Shown: positions 14,185-26,712 of the stretch, piece by piece
Position numbering within the stretch: the first letter of the stretch is position 1
Layout: each line of letters opens with the position of its first letter
Assembly: GCA_951406725.2 (NCBI GenBank)
Contig: OX597820.1
Location: 12,214,001-12,278,000, forward strand
Direction of reading: 5' to 3'
DNA: 64,000 nt
DNA from: Octopus vulgaris
Taxonomy: Eukaryota
Translations under genes and position numbers: made by a program
The notes under the pieces: model-generated
Seen by the model: the letters and a program-made list of their open reading frames with translations, nothing else
Databases searched by the model: none
Told to the model about the DNA's origin: nothing

Positions 14185-14358
14185 GAGAGAGAATTTTTAA
14201 AATTTCAGGCGCCATCCATTTGGTAGGTAATCATTAAATCGGTGGAAGCTTTATTTTATTGTCATGGGTAAGTTGAAAGGAAAAAGAGATAACTTATTGA
14301 GTTCTCTGTTCAAATCTTCCTCCATTCTGCTTCTCGTATATCAATGATAAACATAATA

Positions 14359-15340
14359 ATTTCTTTTATTGGCCACCAGGGTATAAAACCCTGGGGATAG
14401 TGCAAATATAATATACAAGACAGTGGAGAATTTACAGCGAGTAAAAAGAATAAATGAACAACATATGAAAATGGCAATATTAAAGAAACACCAATAAAAA
14501 CTTAGATAAAACTTAGATATGTTTCGACCAGAGATTGGTCCAGGCCATGTCTAACTTAATAGCACCACCTGATAGGATTATTCGAATCCTGTTTAAGTCA
14601 AGTTTTGTTCAAGTAGTGAGTTCTTGTTGGGTGAGTTGTATCCAGTTTTGTTCAAGTAGTGAGTTCTTGTTGGGTGAGTTGTATCCAATTATGGGTGGCT
14701 TATCTGGTATTCTTTGAAGGAATCTATCCAGACTCTGTTTGAAGTTGATGGGATCCTTTTCCTCTTTGATCTCCCTCGGGACAATGTTAAATAGGGCAGG
14801 GCCTGTTGAGGAAAAGAAATTATGTTGCAGTGTACATGTATGTTGTGATCTTGAATTTGGCAGGGGACGTATAGCCCGTGGTCCAAGTCTCGGATGAACC
14901 TTGAAGCTAATGTTTAGGTCGTTTGGGCAAAGTTGGCGGTATATTTTCCACATCGTACAAATGATGTACCGCTCACGGCGACGCTGGAGGGAGTAAAGTT
15001 TCAAGGCTTTAAGGCGTGTCGAAAACACAAGAAATAATACAATGACATGAAAGACTCCCCCCACCCAAATGAGGAGCAGTTAGAGGTACGCACACAGAGT
15101 TCCGGATGACTCTGACACGTCAAAGAAAATATTTCCTTCCAGTTCTTACTACTAGTCAATTGCCGCATGTTTACAATAGGCCCATTTACTACTCTCACCA
15201 AGTACCCCATTTACGCCAACTTTAACAAAATGCATCCACCCACTTTTTATGAAATTTACTGGAAAGTAGCGCCCTCTTTTAACTTTCTCTTCATTAAGGG
15301 CACGGCATGAGAAGAAGAGCCATACCTGAAAGTCTTTTAA
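14359..15340 (-). mobile_element. 3' end of Tx1/L1-like LINE, interrupted by a CR1 fragment
   Basis: Minus peptide QVWLFFSCRALNEEKVKRGRYFPVNFIKSGWMHFVKV resembles Tx1 ORF2 C-termini; 3' end reads CCCTGGTGGCCAATAAAAGAAAT. Confidence 0.5.
14498..15017 (-). mobile_element. 5'-truncated CR1-clade LINE (ORF2 C-terminus, 3' UTR, tail)
   Basis: ORF 14609-15064 carries RLKALKLYSLQRRRERY...GPALFNIVP...FKQSLDRFL, the CR1/L2-group C-terminal signature; 3' stem-loop GACCA-ATCTC-TGGTC and (ATCTAAGTTTT)2 tail. Confidence 0.9.
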
Positions 15341-15692
15341 GTAAATACAATACATATTGGCTGTCGACATACCTTCTACTCATGCAGTCTTTGTAATATA
15401 ATTTTAGAAAAATTATATATATATATATTTCTGTTTTATTTATATACACATATATGAAAATAGGCTATGATATAATCACAGATTGTTACACTTACAATCT
15501 GTAGCAAATTTAATGGTATTAGCTGTGTATTATCCTATATTAGAGGATATGACGCACAAAAGCCTTTTTTTTGGTATGTGTAGTGATTTAGTTATTGTCA
15601 TCTTCGAAGAGAAAAGTCTGTCATAACCACACAAAATAATGCTGTAATGTTTCTATTCTTCGATTGGTGTGAGGTATATAGTTTGCGTGTAG

Positions 15693-15901
15693 AAGGCGGT
15701 GAGCTAGTAGAAACATTATCACGCCGAGCGAAATGCGTAGCCGGAGTTCAAATTCCGCCGGGGTCAACTTTGCCATTCATCCTTTTGGGGTCGATAAATT
15801 AAGTACCAGTTACGCACTGGGGTCGATGTAATCGACTTAATCCGGGTGTCTGTCCTTGTTTATCCCCTCTGTGTTTAGCCCCTTGTGGGTAGTAAAGAAA
15901 T
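15693..15901 (+). mobile_element. SINE family A with 21-bp TSD
   Basis: AGGTATATA(G/T)TTTGCGTGTAG at 15672-15692 and 15902-15922. Confidence 0.9.
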
Positions 15902-15929
15902 AGGTATATATTTTGCGTGTAGGTGAGGC

Positions 15930-17200
15930 ATGTGCACGGGATGTTAAGGCGGGAAACCAGATATCATCTGCAAAAGAGTATGTTTTGCTAGTGTAAGATC
16001 TCAATGAATTGAATAAGAGTTGGAGATGCGGCAGCCATTACAGCTACTTAAAGTTCGGGGACATCAAAGATGAATCTATGCAAGAGTTAACATATCAGCA
16101 CTCACTGCAGTGGTATAATTTCTCAGCTTCTAATCCAAGATATGGAGAATGGATGTAGACTGTAAACAGAATACTTTGCCAACAGCAATTTATGTTCGTC
16201 ATGGCAATTCTACGTGAATATTTTGCCATCGAAATTTTCAAAGGGGATATATGTAGGGCGTGTACTATAGAAGAGTAAATCTCTTGTGGTTCCGAATCAA
16301 ACTTCATTCACAAATTCTTCACAACTTACCCGTAGCCTCAGATAGTTCTGTTGCCATTTTCTCATTCTTTAATTATGTAATATGTAGTTAAACAGGTAGT
16401 GTTTACACGAAAAAAGATTTTTTAAAGAGTTAAAGATTTTTGCAAAGTTGTTCGCGAAAAGCTTGACGCTGGTCGTGTACACGCAAGCTTGTGCCAACAC
16501 CAGCAGATCTATTCACTGCAAATTGCATCTCTTATATGCTCCATAGAATAAAATTATAAAAAGCATCCCGCTCTAACTAGGCCACAGAAGTATCGTTTCT
16601 GCATTTGTGGTTGTCTTTGTTGTCATAACGTTAGCACTTCATATATAAAATCTGTTCACACAATAGTGGAGCAATACCAGGTGTATATGAAGTGCACATC
16701 AACATATACTAGTCTCTATGCTTGCAATTCGGGAACTGGAGAGGAAAGTCCATACCGTCCAGCGGTGATTTCTGTTGCTGGACCGAGGCTGCGGTTATGG
16801 TCTTTAGGAAGATTGTTAAGTCAATGAATATGAACATCTTCCAAGGATCCTTGTGGTAGTACTATCAGGAGTCATGAATGAATCTGTCCGAGATGTCTAT
16901 GGAGAAACGAAACTATCCCGTATGCCGTCTTTCAGAGTTCCGGCATTATCGATTTGTGAGATTGTATTAAACAGCTGTTGTCGCATACAAGACGAAACGA
17001 GATAACATGATAATCAGCATGCCACTACCTTTCGGCATGGAAGGATGGCTAATCTTCCTCTGTTTGATAGTTGTAGCAAAAGACGTCATGACTTCCCCAA
17101 AGTTTGAAGTTAAGCGACCAAACTCACAAAACACCTTCTTCCAATACCATTTGCAGAGAAAGAGTTGGGTAAATTGGGATGTGCTGCCTTCTAATGGATT
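15930..17200 (-). mobile_element. Decayed RTE-like LINE reverse transcriptase relic
   Basis: Minus strand HTLFADDI at ~15965-15990, with degenerate upstream RT motifs (DQ...R.QL, G-D-G linker) in the expected order. Confidence 0.5.
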
Positions 17201-17324
17201 CAATGAAAATTAGATGAGAGCAGCAAGAGAAGCAAGTCCATATAATCGACTTCGCATCCCATATCCCAGCAGTGCTAGCCTTGCGCCAAAATTAGATATA
17301 CTCATCATCATCATCATCACCACC

Positions 17325-17380
<56 letters not shown>

Positions 17381-17676
17381 TATTATTATTAATATTTAAT
17401 AGACAAGTTCTTGAATACTTGACTGAGAAAGTCAATTTTCCACCCTTGTTTCATAATAATTAGATGAGAAAATCGTTCTTAATTCCCAACACCCTTATAA
17501 TATTTGATAGAGAATGAAGTTGCCAGTTTCCCACATTCTATACAATGTTATTTGACTGAGAAAAATGTTCTCAATTTCCCACCTTCTCTACTATAAGAGT
17601 GACTGAGGGCATTATTGTTATTGCTGCTGCTTTTGCTGTTGTTAGTTACCTATATTTTTGGTATTGTTGTTTATCC

Positions 17677-17719
<43 letters not shown>

Positions 17720-18435
17720 TGTGTATGTGTGTGTGTACCGATTTTAGATTTATGTTTTTTTGACGTCAAGAATATTTTATTTACATTAGAGACCTACATT
17801 TTGAGACCCAAGGTTATCTTTCAATAAGCATTATCCTCCCTCGTAATTTAAAACGAAAACATGGTCAATATTTTACTTTGGGATAGAATGTGACTGTAAC
17901 ATAGGTACTTAGAATAGAAATACCTTCTTCTCATATCCGAACGGTCATAAATGTGGAGGAGTAAAATCTAGGTGTTTATTTTGTCAACGTTTTGAAGTGT
18001 ATCTGATAATTCCTTTCTTGAAGCCAATCTTTGTACGTTCCCGGCTTGCTTTTTTCTATGCATTAGATTAACAGAACGAATTCTCTTTTCAATACTGGAC
18101 TAAATGATATTACTTTATCGATATTTAACAGTTCTGGGTGTAAGTGTTCTGAAATAGTGTGGTGTTGATATCACCAGTGTTTCGACAATGTGTTATCATC
18201 GGGTTTGATTAACATCCATCAGTGTGAACATTTATGACGCATAAATTAGATGACGCAAGATCAATAGATTTTACAGGTATATTACTTAAACAGGTATCTT
18301 TCAATCTTGTTCGTCATATTTTGCAACTTGATAGATTGATCTTTAATAGGGGTTGATAGATAGTTATGCAGCAGTCAGGAAGCAGTATACCATGTCCATG
18401 TTAAACTTTCCTCTGAATTTCTCTCTCTGTTTATC

Positions 18436-18474
<39 letters not shown>

Positions 18475-18476
<2 letters not shown>

Positions 18477-18670
18477 CCTGACGTCATGATAGACCGTTAG
18501 CTACTACACAGATTTTTTTGTCTCCTTGTTTTTTCTGTGTTCTTTTCTGTAGAAGAGCGTAGGCTCGAAACGTAAAATACTTTTTCTATTTCTGAGCGTT
18601 ATACTAATACATCTGTTTGTTTTGTACACCACCTGTCTTCGTCTTTTGTTTCTTTTTCGTAAACTCTCCC
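18475..18670 (+). mobile_element. Penelope-type pLTR fragment with minimal hammerhead-like motif
   Basis: Between (TA)n tracts; TTTTCTGTAGAAGAGCGTAGGCTCGAAACGTAAAA at ~18543-18577. Confidence 0.5.
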
Positions 18671-18679
18671 TATATATAT

Positions 18680-19096
18680 AAACTTAGATAAACTTAGATA
18701 TGTTTCGACCAGAGATTGGTCCAGGCCATGTCTAACTTAATAGCACCACCTGATAGGATTATTCGAATCCTGTTTAAGTCAAGTTTTGTTCAAGTAGTGA
18801 GTTCTTGTTGGGTGAGTTGTATCCAGTTTTGTTCAAGTAGTGAGTTCTTGTTGGGTGAGTTGTATTCAATTATGGGTGGCTTATCTGGTATTCTTTGAAG
18901 GAATCTATCCAGACTCTGTTTGAAGTTGATGGGATCCTTTTCCTCTTTGATCTCCCTCGGGACAATGTTAAATAGGGCAGGGCCTGTTGAGGAAAAGAAA
19001 TTATGTTGCAGTGTACATGTATGTTGTGATCTTGAATTTGGCAGGGGACGTATAGCCCGTGGTCCAAGTCTTGGATGAACCTTGAAGCTAATGTTT
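18680..19096 (-). mobile_element. 5'-truncated CR1-clade LINE, near-identical to 14498-14916
   Basis: By eye only two substitutions and one tail indel versus the 14.5-kb copy; shares its 43-bp internal duplication. Confidence 0.9.
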
Positions 19097-19122
19097 ATAT
19101 ATACATATATATATATATATAT

Positions 19123-19198
<76 letters not shown>

Positions 19199-19199
19199 A

Positions 19200-19720
19200 G
19201 GCACCCGTGTCAGATGTAACGAAATACGCCGAATCATTGTTAAAATATCTGCTTAAGTGGGGTCAAGATAATGATCTTGCCACTGTCTACCAGTCCCTTT
19301 CCTGATACAATATTGGCTAGCGGTCAGTATAAATGTAATATTTTATAATTTTACCACTCAATCGATTTGAAAGTCAATGTTGACTTTCAAATCTTCTACG
19401 ATAAATATTAATTAGCAAGTCAATCCATTATCTTTAACAATGACGTGTTGTGCCTGCTTATCTTTCGATAAATTTGACCCACTTTGTTTTATTCATGGAA
19501 CATCGTGCAGTGAGAACTGCAGACAACTGGGCAATAGTGATAAGCGAGGCATGTTTTGCATATAGCATCTCACGTGAGATAGAGCTGAATATTGATTCAA
19601 AGAAAGTGCTTAGATGCATTGCAGACCAGAATCTCTTGAATTTAAAGTAACGATCAGAAATTCAGACCTGTGATAAAGAATAACTATAATCATCTACGTC
19701 AGTCATTTTATTAGTGCTCC
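19200..19720 (-). mobile_element. Decayed RTE/BovB-like RT relic
   Basis: Minus peptides REMLYAKHASL (cf. RELLFADDAAL) and downstream PILYQ..W / IRRI remnants. Confidence 0.35.
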
Positions 19721-20279
19721 AGCTTTACAAATCTAATATATATAGATGGATAAGATGTACTGAATTTATTACCGGCGCCACGTGGCGCTGGTAATCTTCA
19801 CAATCATATACATTCTTCGCTGCATTCGATGGTTAAGACAAATTTTGTGATTCTTTCCTGCTTTTTAGCTTCTCATCGAATGCATCCTGAATGCTTTTCA
19901 TTTAATTTAGAATAATTTTGAGACTGATCAATTACTCTATCATGTACTGTACTTTCAAATTTGATGTACAGAATGTTGCTTATTTCCTATGTAGCCAGCT
20001 ACGAGTACGAAGTTCTTGACACTTCAAGACATGTGAAAGAATGTTGAATAATATATGGAAGTCAAAGGCTAACGAGTATTATAGGATGTACACGAAAATA
20101 AAACACTTTCAAGGGTCACACCACTTTTTGAAAAGTCACAGATCGCGCGCACATACACCTAAGCCCTCCCTGTACATGTATATATGTACGTACGTACGTA
20201 CGTACGTATGTATGTATGTATGTATGTATGTATGTATGTATGTATGTATGTATGTATGTATGTATGTATGTATGTATAT

Positions 20280-20830
20280 GTCAGGTCACTTTCGAGTGCT
20301 ACTGGTAACATGTAACCCAGTACAACCTGTTGCATGGTCGGGTAGTGGGCGACAAAACCGGCAACCCCACCAAGCTTGCTTGGTGAGGAGGGTGTTTATT
20401 GGACACCCTGCGGGATGAAAAACAAAACCCGTCAAAGGGCGGAGGAACTCTTGAGAGTCAACGGCCATCCAATAAATGTCTTAAGGCTGTATCATGCGCG
20501 GGGACATAGAAATAATCGGACTGAATACCCGATCGCGCGGTTAAACCATTGGGAGTGAAGGACTCCTAGTCTTTATTAGGGCATCCTTCTACGAGAAGGT
20601 AACTCAGGTAACTGGGATAACTCCGATATAAAACCTGTGGCTCAGTGGTTACCGATGATGTTGACTTGTTCTTCTTTTCGGATTATGACTACTGTTGCTT
20701 AGTGAGTGGGATTGACTCAGTGCACAGCCTTTCCTCACTTAAAAAATCTTCTTGCACAGGCATTGCACGATAACAACATTGATTAAGCTTCTTGCAATGG
20801 CCATACTTGATAACGAGGGGCCAGCCACCA
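20280..20830 (+). mobile_element. GC-richer structured insert in a (TATG)n array, probably an RTE LINE 5' UTR fragment
   Basis: (TATG)n on both sides; several hairpins; ends GGGGCCAGCCACCATG. Family call is from recall only. Confidence 0.45.
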
Positions 20831-20919
20831 TGTATGTATGTATGTATGTATGTATGTATGTATGTATGTATGTATGTATGTATGTATACACACACACGCA
20901 CACATATAATTTATATTCA

Positions 20920-21500
20920 GTACTTAAATTGTGACACCTCGCTAGTTCGGTATAATCTGCACACACCAATAATATTATTTGGATAGTGAATATCAAGACT
21001 CCTTGTAGGGGTATTTGTACCCAATATTCCTGTCCTGTGTGTAGACAATGTAACCCAGCTAAGTGAAGATATCCGCTCTTGGTAATTCAGACATGTTCTT
21101 TCTATAAAGGTACTTTCTAGAGTGTTTCCGAAGTGCAGATGTGCAGGTATCAATTCATTACGGTCTTTCATTATATTCCCCTTTATTTGATAATCTAAAT
21201 AAGTATTGGCCATCACCATCCTTCTTTCTTCTTGCTACCACTCCTTCCCCAACAGACATTCTCTCACTACCAACCTTGCAACCCACTCTTTTATGTAGAT
21301 AACGCTTGATATATGGTTGCAGTACATTGGTAATCTAGTAGATGGGCTGGCATTAATTGATTTATCACCATTATCTAGAATACAGTTGACAACTCCCAAT
21401 GGATTGAATTCTAAATGGTTGAAGACTACATACTACATAAAGTCTTCTAAACATAATTAACTACGTCACCACTCCTTTATATCTTGACTCCCACTATTTT
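20920..21500 (-). mobile_element. Decayed CR1/L2-like LINE ORF2 C-terminal relic
   Basis: LNYQERISSLSWVTL (cf. L.Y.ERL..L...TL) in ORF 20917-21219; upstream LEFNP remnant. Confidence 0.4.
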
Positions 21501-21777
21501 CTCTGCTACTCTCTAAATTATAGTAGGCTTAACAAGGTATGCATTATTTTTAAAACTCAGTCTGCCGCAGATGTAACAAAAGGAAACAATGTAAATATTT
21601 TGGCTTCTATTATTGATATAAATTTATTAAAGAATAGTTTATGCTTTATGTTTGAAGTCTATGCGGCCAACTGACGAGAAAGGTTTCTTTCAAATTGATG
21701 TAAGGTTTTCATTAATCAATTAAATGGAGCCGCCTGAAACCACCGTAATGAATTGACACCTGTACATCTTTGCTACT

Positions 21778-21846
<69 letters not shown>

Positions 21847-21849
21847 ATA

Positions 21850-22254
21850 TCTTTATATATAAAAGTCAAGTTGTGTGTCTGTCTCTTACGATTTAGATTC
21901 CTAACTACTCCCACATTTTGCGGTGCAGTTTAACCAAAACCGGGTATCTTATAGTCGTGATTCATATCGAGCCCTTCTGGGTATTAGCGCGCGTCTACGA
22001 TGAGTCTACGAGTCTATTAAAAAAAAATTACCATCATTTTTTTCCATTTTAATGCATTTTTTCGCTATTATATAAGGGAAGTAACTCTCTAAAAATGTCT
22101 ACGATGAGTCAACGATTTCAAAAAAATTTACCATCATTTTTTTTCCAATTTTAAAAAATTTTTTCTATTTGCTACTTTTTGGCTATAACTCTCTAAAAAT
22201 GCTTCTATAGCTATTTCCCTTACAAACCCGAGCAACGCCGGGCGATATTGCTAG
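21850..22254 (+). mobile_element. Complete non-autonomous Helitron, family H1 (405 bp)
   Basis: A|TCTTTATATATAAAAG ... CCCGAGCAACGCCGGG hairpin ... CTAG|T: canonical TC/CTAG ends in an AT dinucleotide with no TSD; internal duplicated block. Confidence 0.92.
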
Positions 22255-22287
<33 letters not shown>

Positions 22288-23517
22288 ACACACACATATA
22301 TGTGTGTGTGTAAATGTATGTATATATGGATGGATGTATATATAGATGTATGTATACACGTATGTGTGTATGTGTGTATGTGTGTGTAGATAAAGATATA
22401 GAGATATATATGTACATACATACAAAGAGTCATGAATACACCTGGTCTTGTGTGGGCGGACGTGTGTGTGTTTGTATGTTATACAGAGATATGGGTAATC
22501 GCACTTCATGAGAGAAGCGCACAATGGGAATGATGTCTACATAAATTAAGACACAAGAGAAAACGGTGATATGAGGAAAAATGAGAAGATTGATAGGTGA
22601 AGGTGTATAATAATGCATACAATTTGCTGGTGAATCTACTGAAAAGAAGTAGTAAAAAGAGAAAACAACAAAATCGACTGATATTGGAAAGAAATTTAAT
22701 GAATAGATAAAAAAGAAGAAAACTATTTATAGCGTCATATGACGAACATGCCATGCTTTCGTTGGATCCATTATTTGGTAAAAGATCGACAGATAGCTGA
22801 TACGCTGCTGGAAGACAAGAAAATAGGAAAATATATATATACACAAAGAAAGCTTTGAAACAAAGAACATACTTTGAGCGAAAATGTATGTTCATAATTT
22901 TCTTTTAAAAAAAATTTTAACCTTTTTTCCACTTTTAAATAACATTTCTTGGTGCTATCATTGATTTCTTTCTCAGTTGTATGAGCAAGGCACATTGCAC
23001 CACCCGTAGTTCGGTTTTGAAACTTTCACAGTATTTTCCAACTTTTCTTATTTCTTTCTATCTCTATTTCTCACCTTCTAGTGTTTCCCTCTGTCTGCTA
23101 ACCCCCTTCTGTTTCCAACAATTCCAATAGATTTCGGTTGTACTGTAATTCCCTTTAACGAAACATCAAATGTCAGAACCTGATATTCATCAGCAAATCT
23201 TAAACAAGCATGTTTGATATTGTGAAGATTTCAGAGAAACTGTGATATTTAAAAACACAATAGATTCTTTTGATAAATTTTACAAATGTTCTACATACAC
23301 AAGGATGTACTTCTACGAACATATACATATGCTGACGTTTAAAACCCAAATATTCATTTAATTAGTAAAGACGGCGAACTCCATTAATAAGATTTTGAAA
23401 AAAAATGCCCTTTATCTTTCATATACATCACGTTGCTGATTTATACAAATTACTTTTCAAAATCTATTTCTGCTGAATATTATAGCCAATGATTAATTGC
23501 GTACTTGGAACGAGTAT

Positions 23518-23894
23518 TTGCTCGGGTTTGTAAGGGGAATAACTATATAAGCATTTTTAGAGAGTTATAGCCAAAAAATAGCAAAAAAATGCATTAAAAA
23601 TGGAAAAAAAATGATGGTAAATTTTTTTTTAAATCGTTGACTCATCGTAGACATTTTTAGAGAGTTACTTCCCTTATATAATAGCGAAAAATGCATTAAA
23701 ATGGAAAAAAATGATGGTAATTTTTTTTTAAATCGTAGACTCATCGTAGACGCGCGCTAATACCCAGAAGGGCTCGATATGAATCACGACTATAAGATAC
23801 CCGGTTTTGGGTAAACTACACCGCAAAATGTGGGAGTAGTTAGGAATCTAAATCGTAGGAGACAGACACACAACCTTACTTTTATATATAAAGA
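23518..23894 (-). mobile_element. Helitron family H1, 3'-truncated
   Basis: Intact 5' TC end at 23894; sequence breaks inside the 3' hairpin at ~23518. Confidence 0.88.
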
Positions 23895-24130
23895 TTTCTA
23901 TAATTCATTTCTATCATTTAGGTTAATTAAAACAGGAAAAAGAGCGTGTCAATATTTTTTCTATATATAACCTTGTACTGGGGAATATGAATCATAAACA
24001 TCCGAATGCCATTTATGACTACACAACGTGTAAATTAAATAGTGACGATGTTAAGCAATACCACATTTTCACTTGTAGAAGAGGAGTCGGCAAATATCCA
24101 ATTCCTATGAAATTATCCATATATACATAC

Positions 24131-24436
24131 TGGCATTCCGTCGATTACCCGAGTTCCAGTTGATTCGATCAATGGAACAGCCTGCTTGCAAAATCAACGT
24201 GCGAGTGGCTGAGCACTCCACAGACACGTGCATCCTTAACATAGTTCTTAGGGAGATTCAGCATGACACTGGGTGTGACAAGGATTGGCGTTTTGCATTA
24301 CAGGCTGAACTGAATTTTGCCAGCTGGAGAAACGTGGAATAAAGTGTCTTGCTCAAAGACACAACATGCTACCGGGAATTGAACTCAAGATCTTACGATA
24401 GGAGCCGACTATCCTAAAGAATAAGTCACGCGCCTT
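24131..24436 (-). mobile_element. SINE family D (tRNA head, tail Y)
   Basis: Minus head with GAGTTCAATTCC B-box and AGCAAGACACTTTATT; tail GTGGAGTGCTCAGCCACT shared with 42379-42676. Confidence 0.75.
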
Positions 24437-24581
24437 CATTCACACGCTCACACACATATACATACATACATACATACATACATACATACATACATTCATA
24501 CATGCATGCATGCATACATACATACATACATACATACATACACACATATATACACGCACATTATGTGTGTGTGTGTGTGTT

Positions 24582-24619
<38 letters not shown>

Positions 24620-25746
24620 CGTGCAGGGGGCGGTTGGTAAATTACTAAGCTTTCTGTGAGATTTCGCGAACGGACATGCGTGTTGTATCTATTTATTGGT
24701 AGTATTAATGAGATCGTTGTCTGATATAAAATCTGCGGCTGAAACATCCACCTGTCATCTTTCTCCTTTCTTGATATGTGATAATGGATTCTTGAGAGTT
24801 GCACACATTTTGCAAATGAACATATCTCTCAAATCCAATAACATATGGGCGACACATAGCTTCATTAATTAGAAGGTATCGTCTGACAAAAGGAAGCAAT
24901 GAACATCATAATGAAATATACGCAAACACACAAATATAATATGCATGTACGCACAAGTATTTGTATGAGATTATCTTCTCACCTCATATGGAGTTGTCTC
25001 AATTGGCATGTGAAAATTCCCACATACCCCCTAGAATCCGAGATGCTTTTAATTATTCAAGAATGCGCGCGCGCGTGTGTGCTTGATTACATTCTAGTCT
25101 AATTTATTATTCCTATATGTGTTACTGATGCGGTGCAATTTGAATTTTACTTTCTTGTAATTATTAAAAATGCTGAAGGGTTCAACAAAAGGATTATTCG
25201 TATTTGATCCTTGCTCCTTTTCTGTCGTTCATAATAATGTAATAAACGTTTGCTGCTTCTGTATGCTTGATTTATGTCACGATTTCGATCTGGGATTTAT
25301 TTTACTTTCAAAGATATGGCTAATTGAATTTACTTTATCTTGAAAGCTAATGAATCCCCTTTGTTTCAAGTACTAGTCATTCAATTAAATGCTACAATAT
25401 ACTAAAAGTTGTGGTCCCTCGTGTATAGCTGTCACCAGTATTCTGTAATGAAATTTGTAAAGTAATGAATCACATTTTCTTTTCAGCATTATGATAGATT
25501 ATACAAGAGAAACCGAACTATCACTGCAGAAATTGATTCATATATACTCAAAATAAGAGAGCACATTGTTGAATTTATTGCAAAAGTTAAAATCATTAAC
25601 AGTCGCTTACATATAACAAATAGCGCCGAAGGTTTCAATGAAAATATCGTTTAGCTGGCGATCAAGGCTCTTTTTCAGTTCTTAGAATATAAAACTTCAT
25701 GCATCCTTAAAACTGAATTATTATGAGAGGTTTATAATCATCACAA

Positions 25747-26134
25747 TTATTTAAGCCTATCGGTCGGTATGAAGCATAGGCTACTGACGATTGCTTTCCC
25801 TTCTGTTCTTTACTCTGCGCTGTCAGGACCACTCAATCAGTATGAAGGTTACTCTAATCAGTGTGTTCGGAGATGTTTTCCCTCAGGGAAGGGCTTCATC
25901 TCCCAGGTCTTCGTTGGTTTTAAATTATCATCGATGCTTTTGTAACTTTTTTAAAATTTTCTTTGTAGGGTTGGCCCTACGCATATCCATTTTTATCTCT
26001 AGCAAGGAGTGGTCCATATTTGTCTGGACTCCATTCTTTGACCTGTCAAACGTATGAGACCCTAAAAGGATCTTACTGTTCGTTGGCACCAATCTTAGGG
26101 TCATTGAGATATACAAGACACCACACTGGACAAG
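25747..26134 (-). mobile_element. Short bipartite RTE-derived element (5' UTR joined to 3' end)
   Basis: Minus 5' CTTGTC..GTGG..TCTTGTATATCTCAATGACCCTAAG...TAGGGTCTC..GACAGGTC..CCAGACAAA resembles RTE 5' UTRs; 3' GCCTATGCTTC...ATAGGCTTAAATAA resembles RTE 3' ends. Confidence 0.55.
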
Positions 26135-26276
26135 TAACAGGACCTTGTAGGGAGCAAGTACTATTGCGTATTTGAAAATAGATTCACAAATGAGTTTGGA
26201 TAAGACCTGTACCTAGCAACGTTCAGTTTTTATTGTATACATGTACCCTTTCCATTAATTTTAAACATCTAATATT

Positions 26277-26712
26277 GGTTTCTCATTTTGGCACAAGGCG
26301 AGCATTTACAGGAAGGGCTAAATGAATTAGATCGATACCAGTACTGAACTGGTAATTATTTTATCGACCCAGAAATGATGAAGGGCAAAGTAGGCTGGGC
26401 GGTAAATGTAACCGGCATATAAAAACGAACGAAATACTGCTAAGCATTAAACCCGACGTCCTAACGATTCTGCTAGTTCGCCAAGTCATTTAAGAATCTA
26501 ATATTGGTATGGTATAAAATGTTGGCACAGGGCCAGAAATTTTATGGGAAGGGTAAGTCGGTAACATTGACCCCAGTATTCAACTGGTACTTATTTTATC
26601 GATCTCGAAAGGATGAAAGGCAAAGTTGTCCTCAGTCAAGAATGTGATGACGGACGAAATGCCGCCAAGCATTTAACCCGTCGTACTAAGGATTCTGCAT
26701 ACTCACCGCCTT
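26277..26712 (-). mobile_element. Two tandem SINE family A copies
   Basis: Copies at ~26277-26484 and ~26506-26712, separated and flanked by three ATCTAATATT repeats. Confidence 0.8.
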
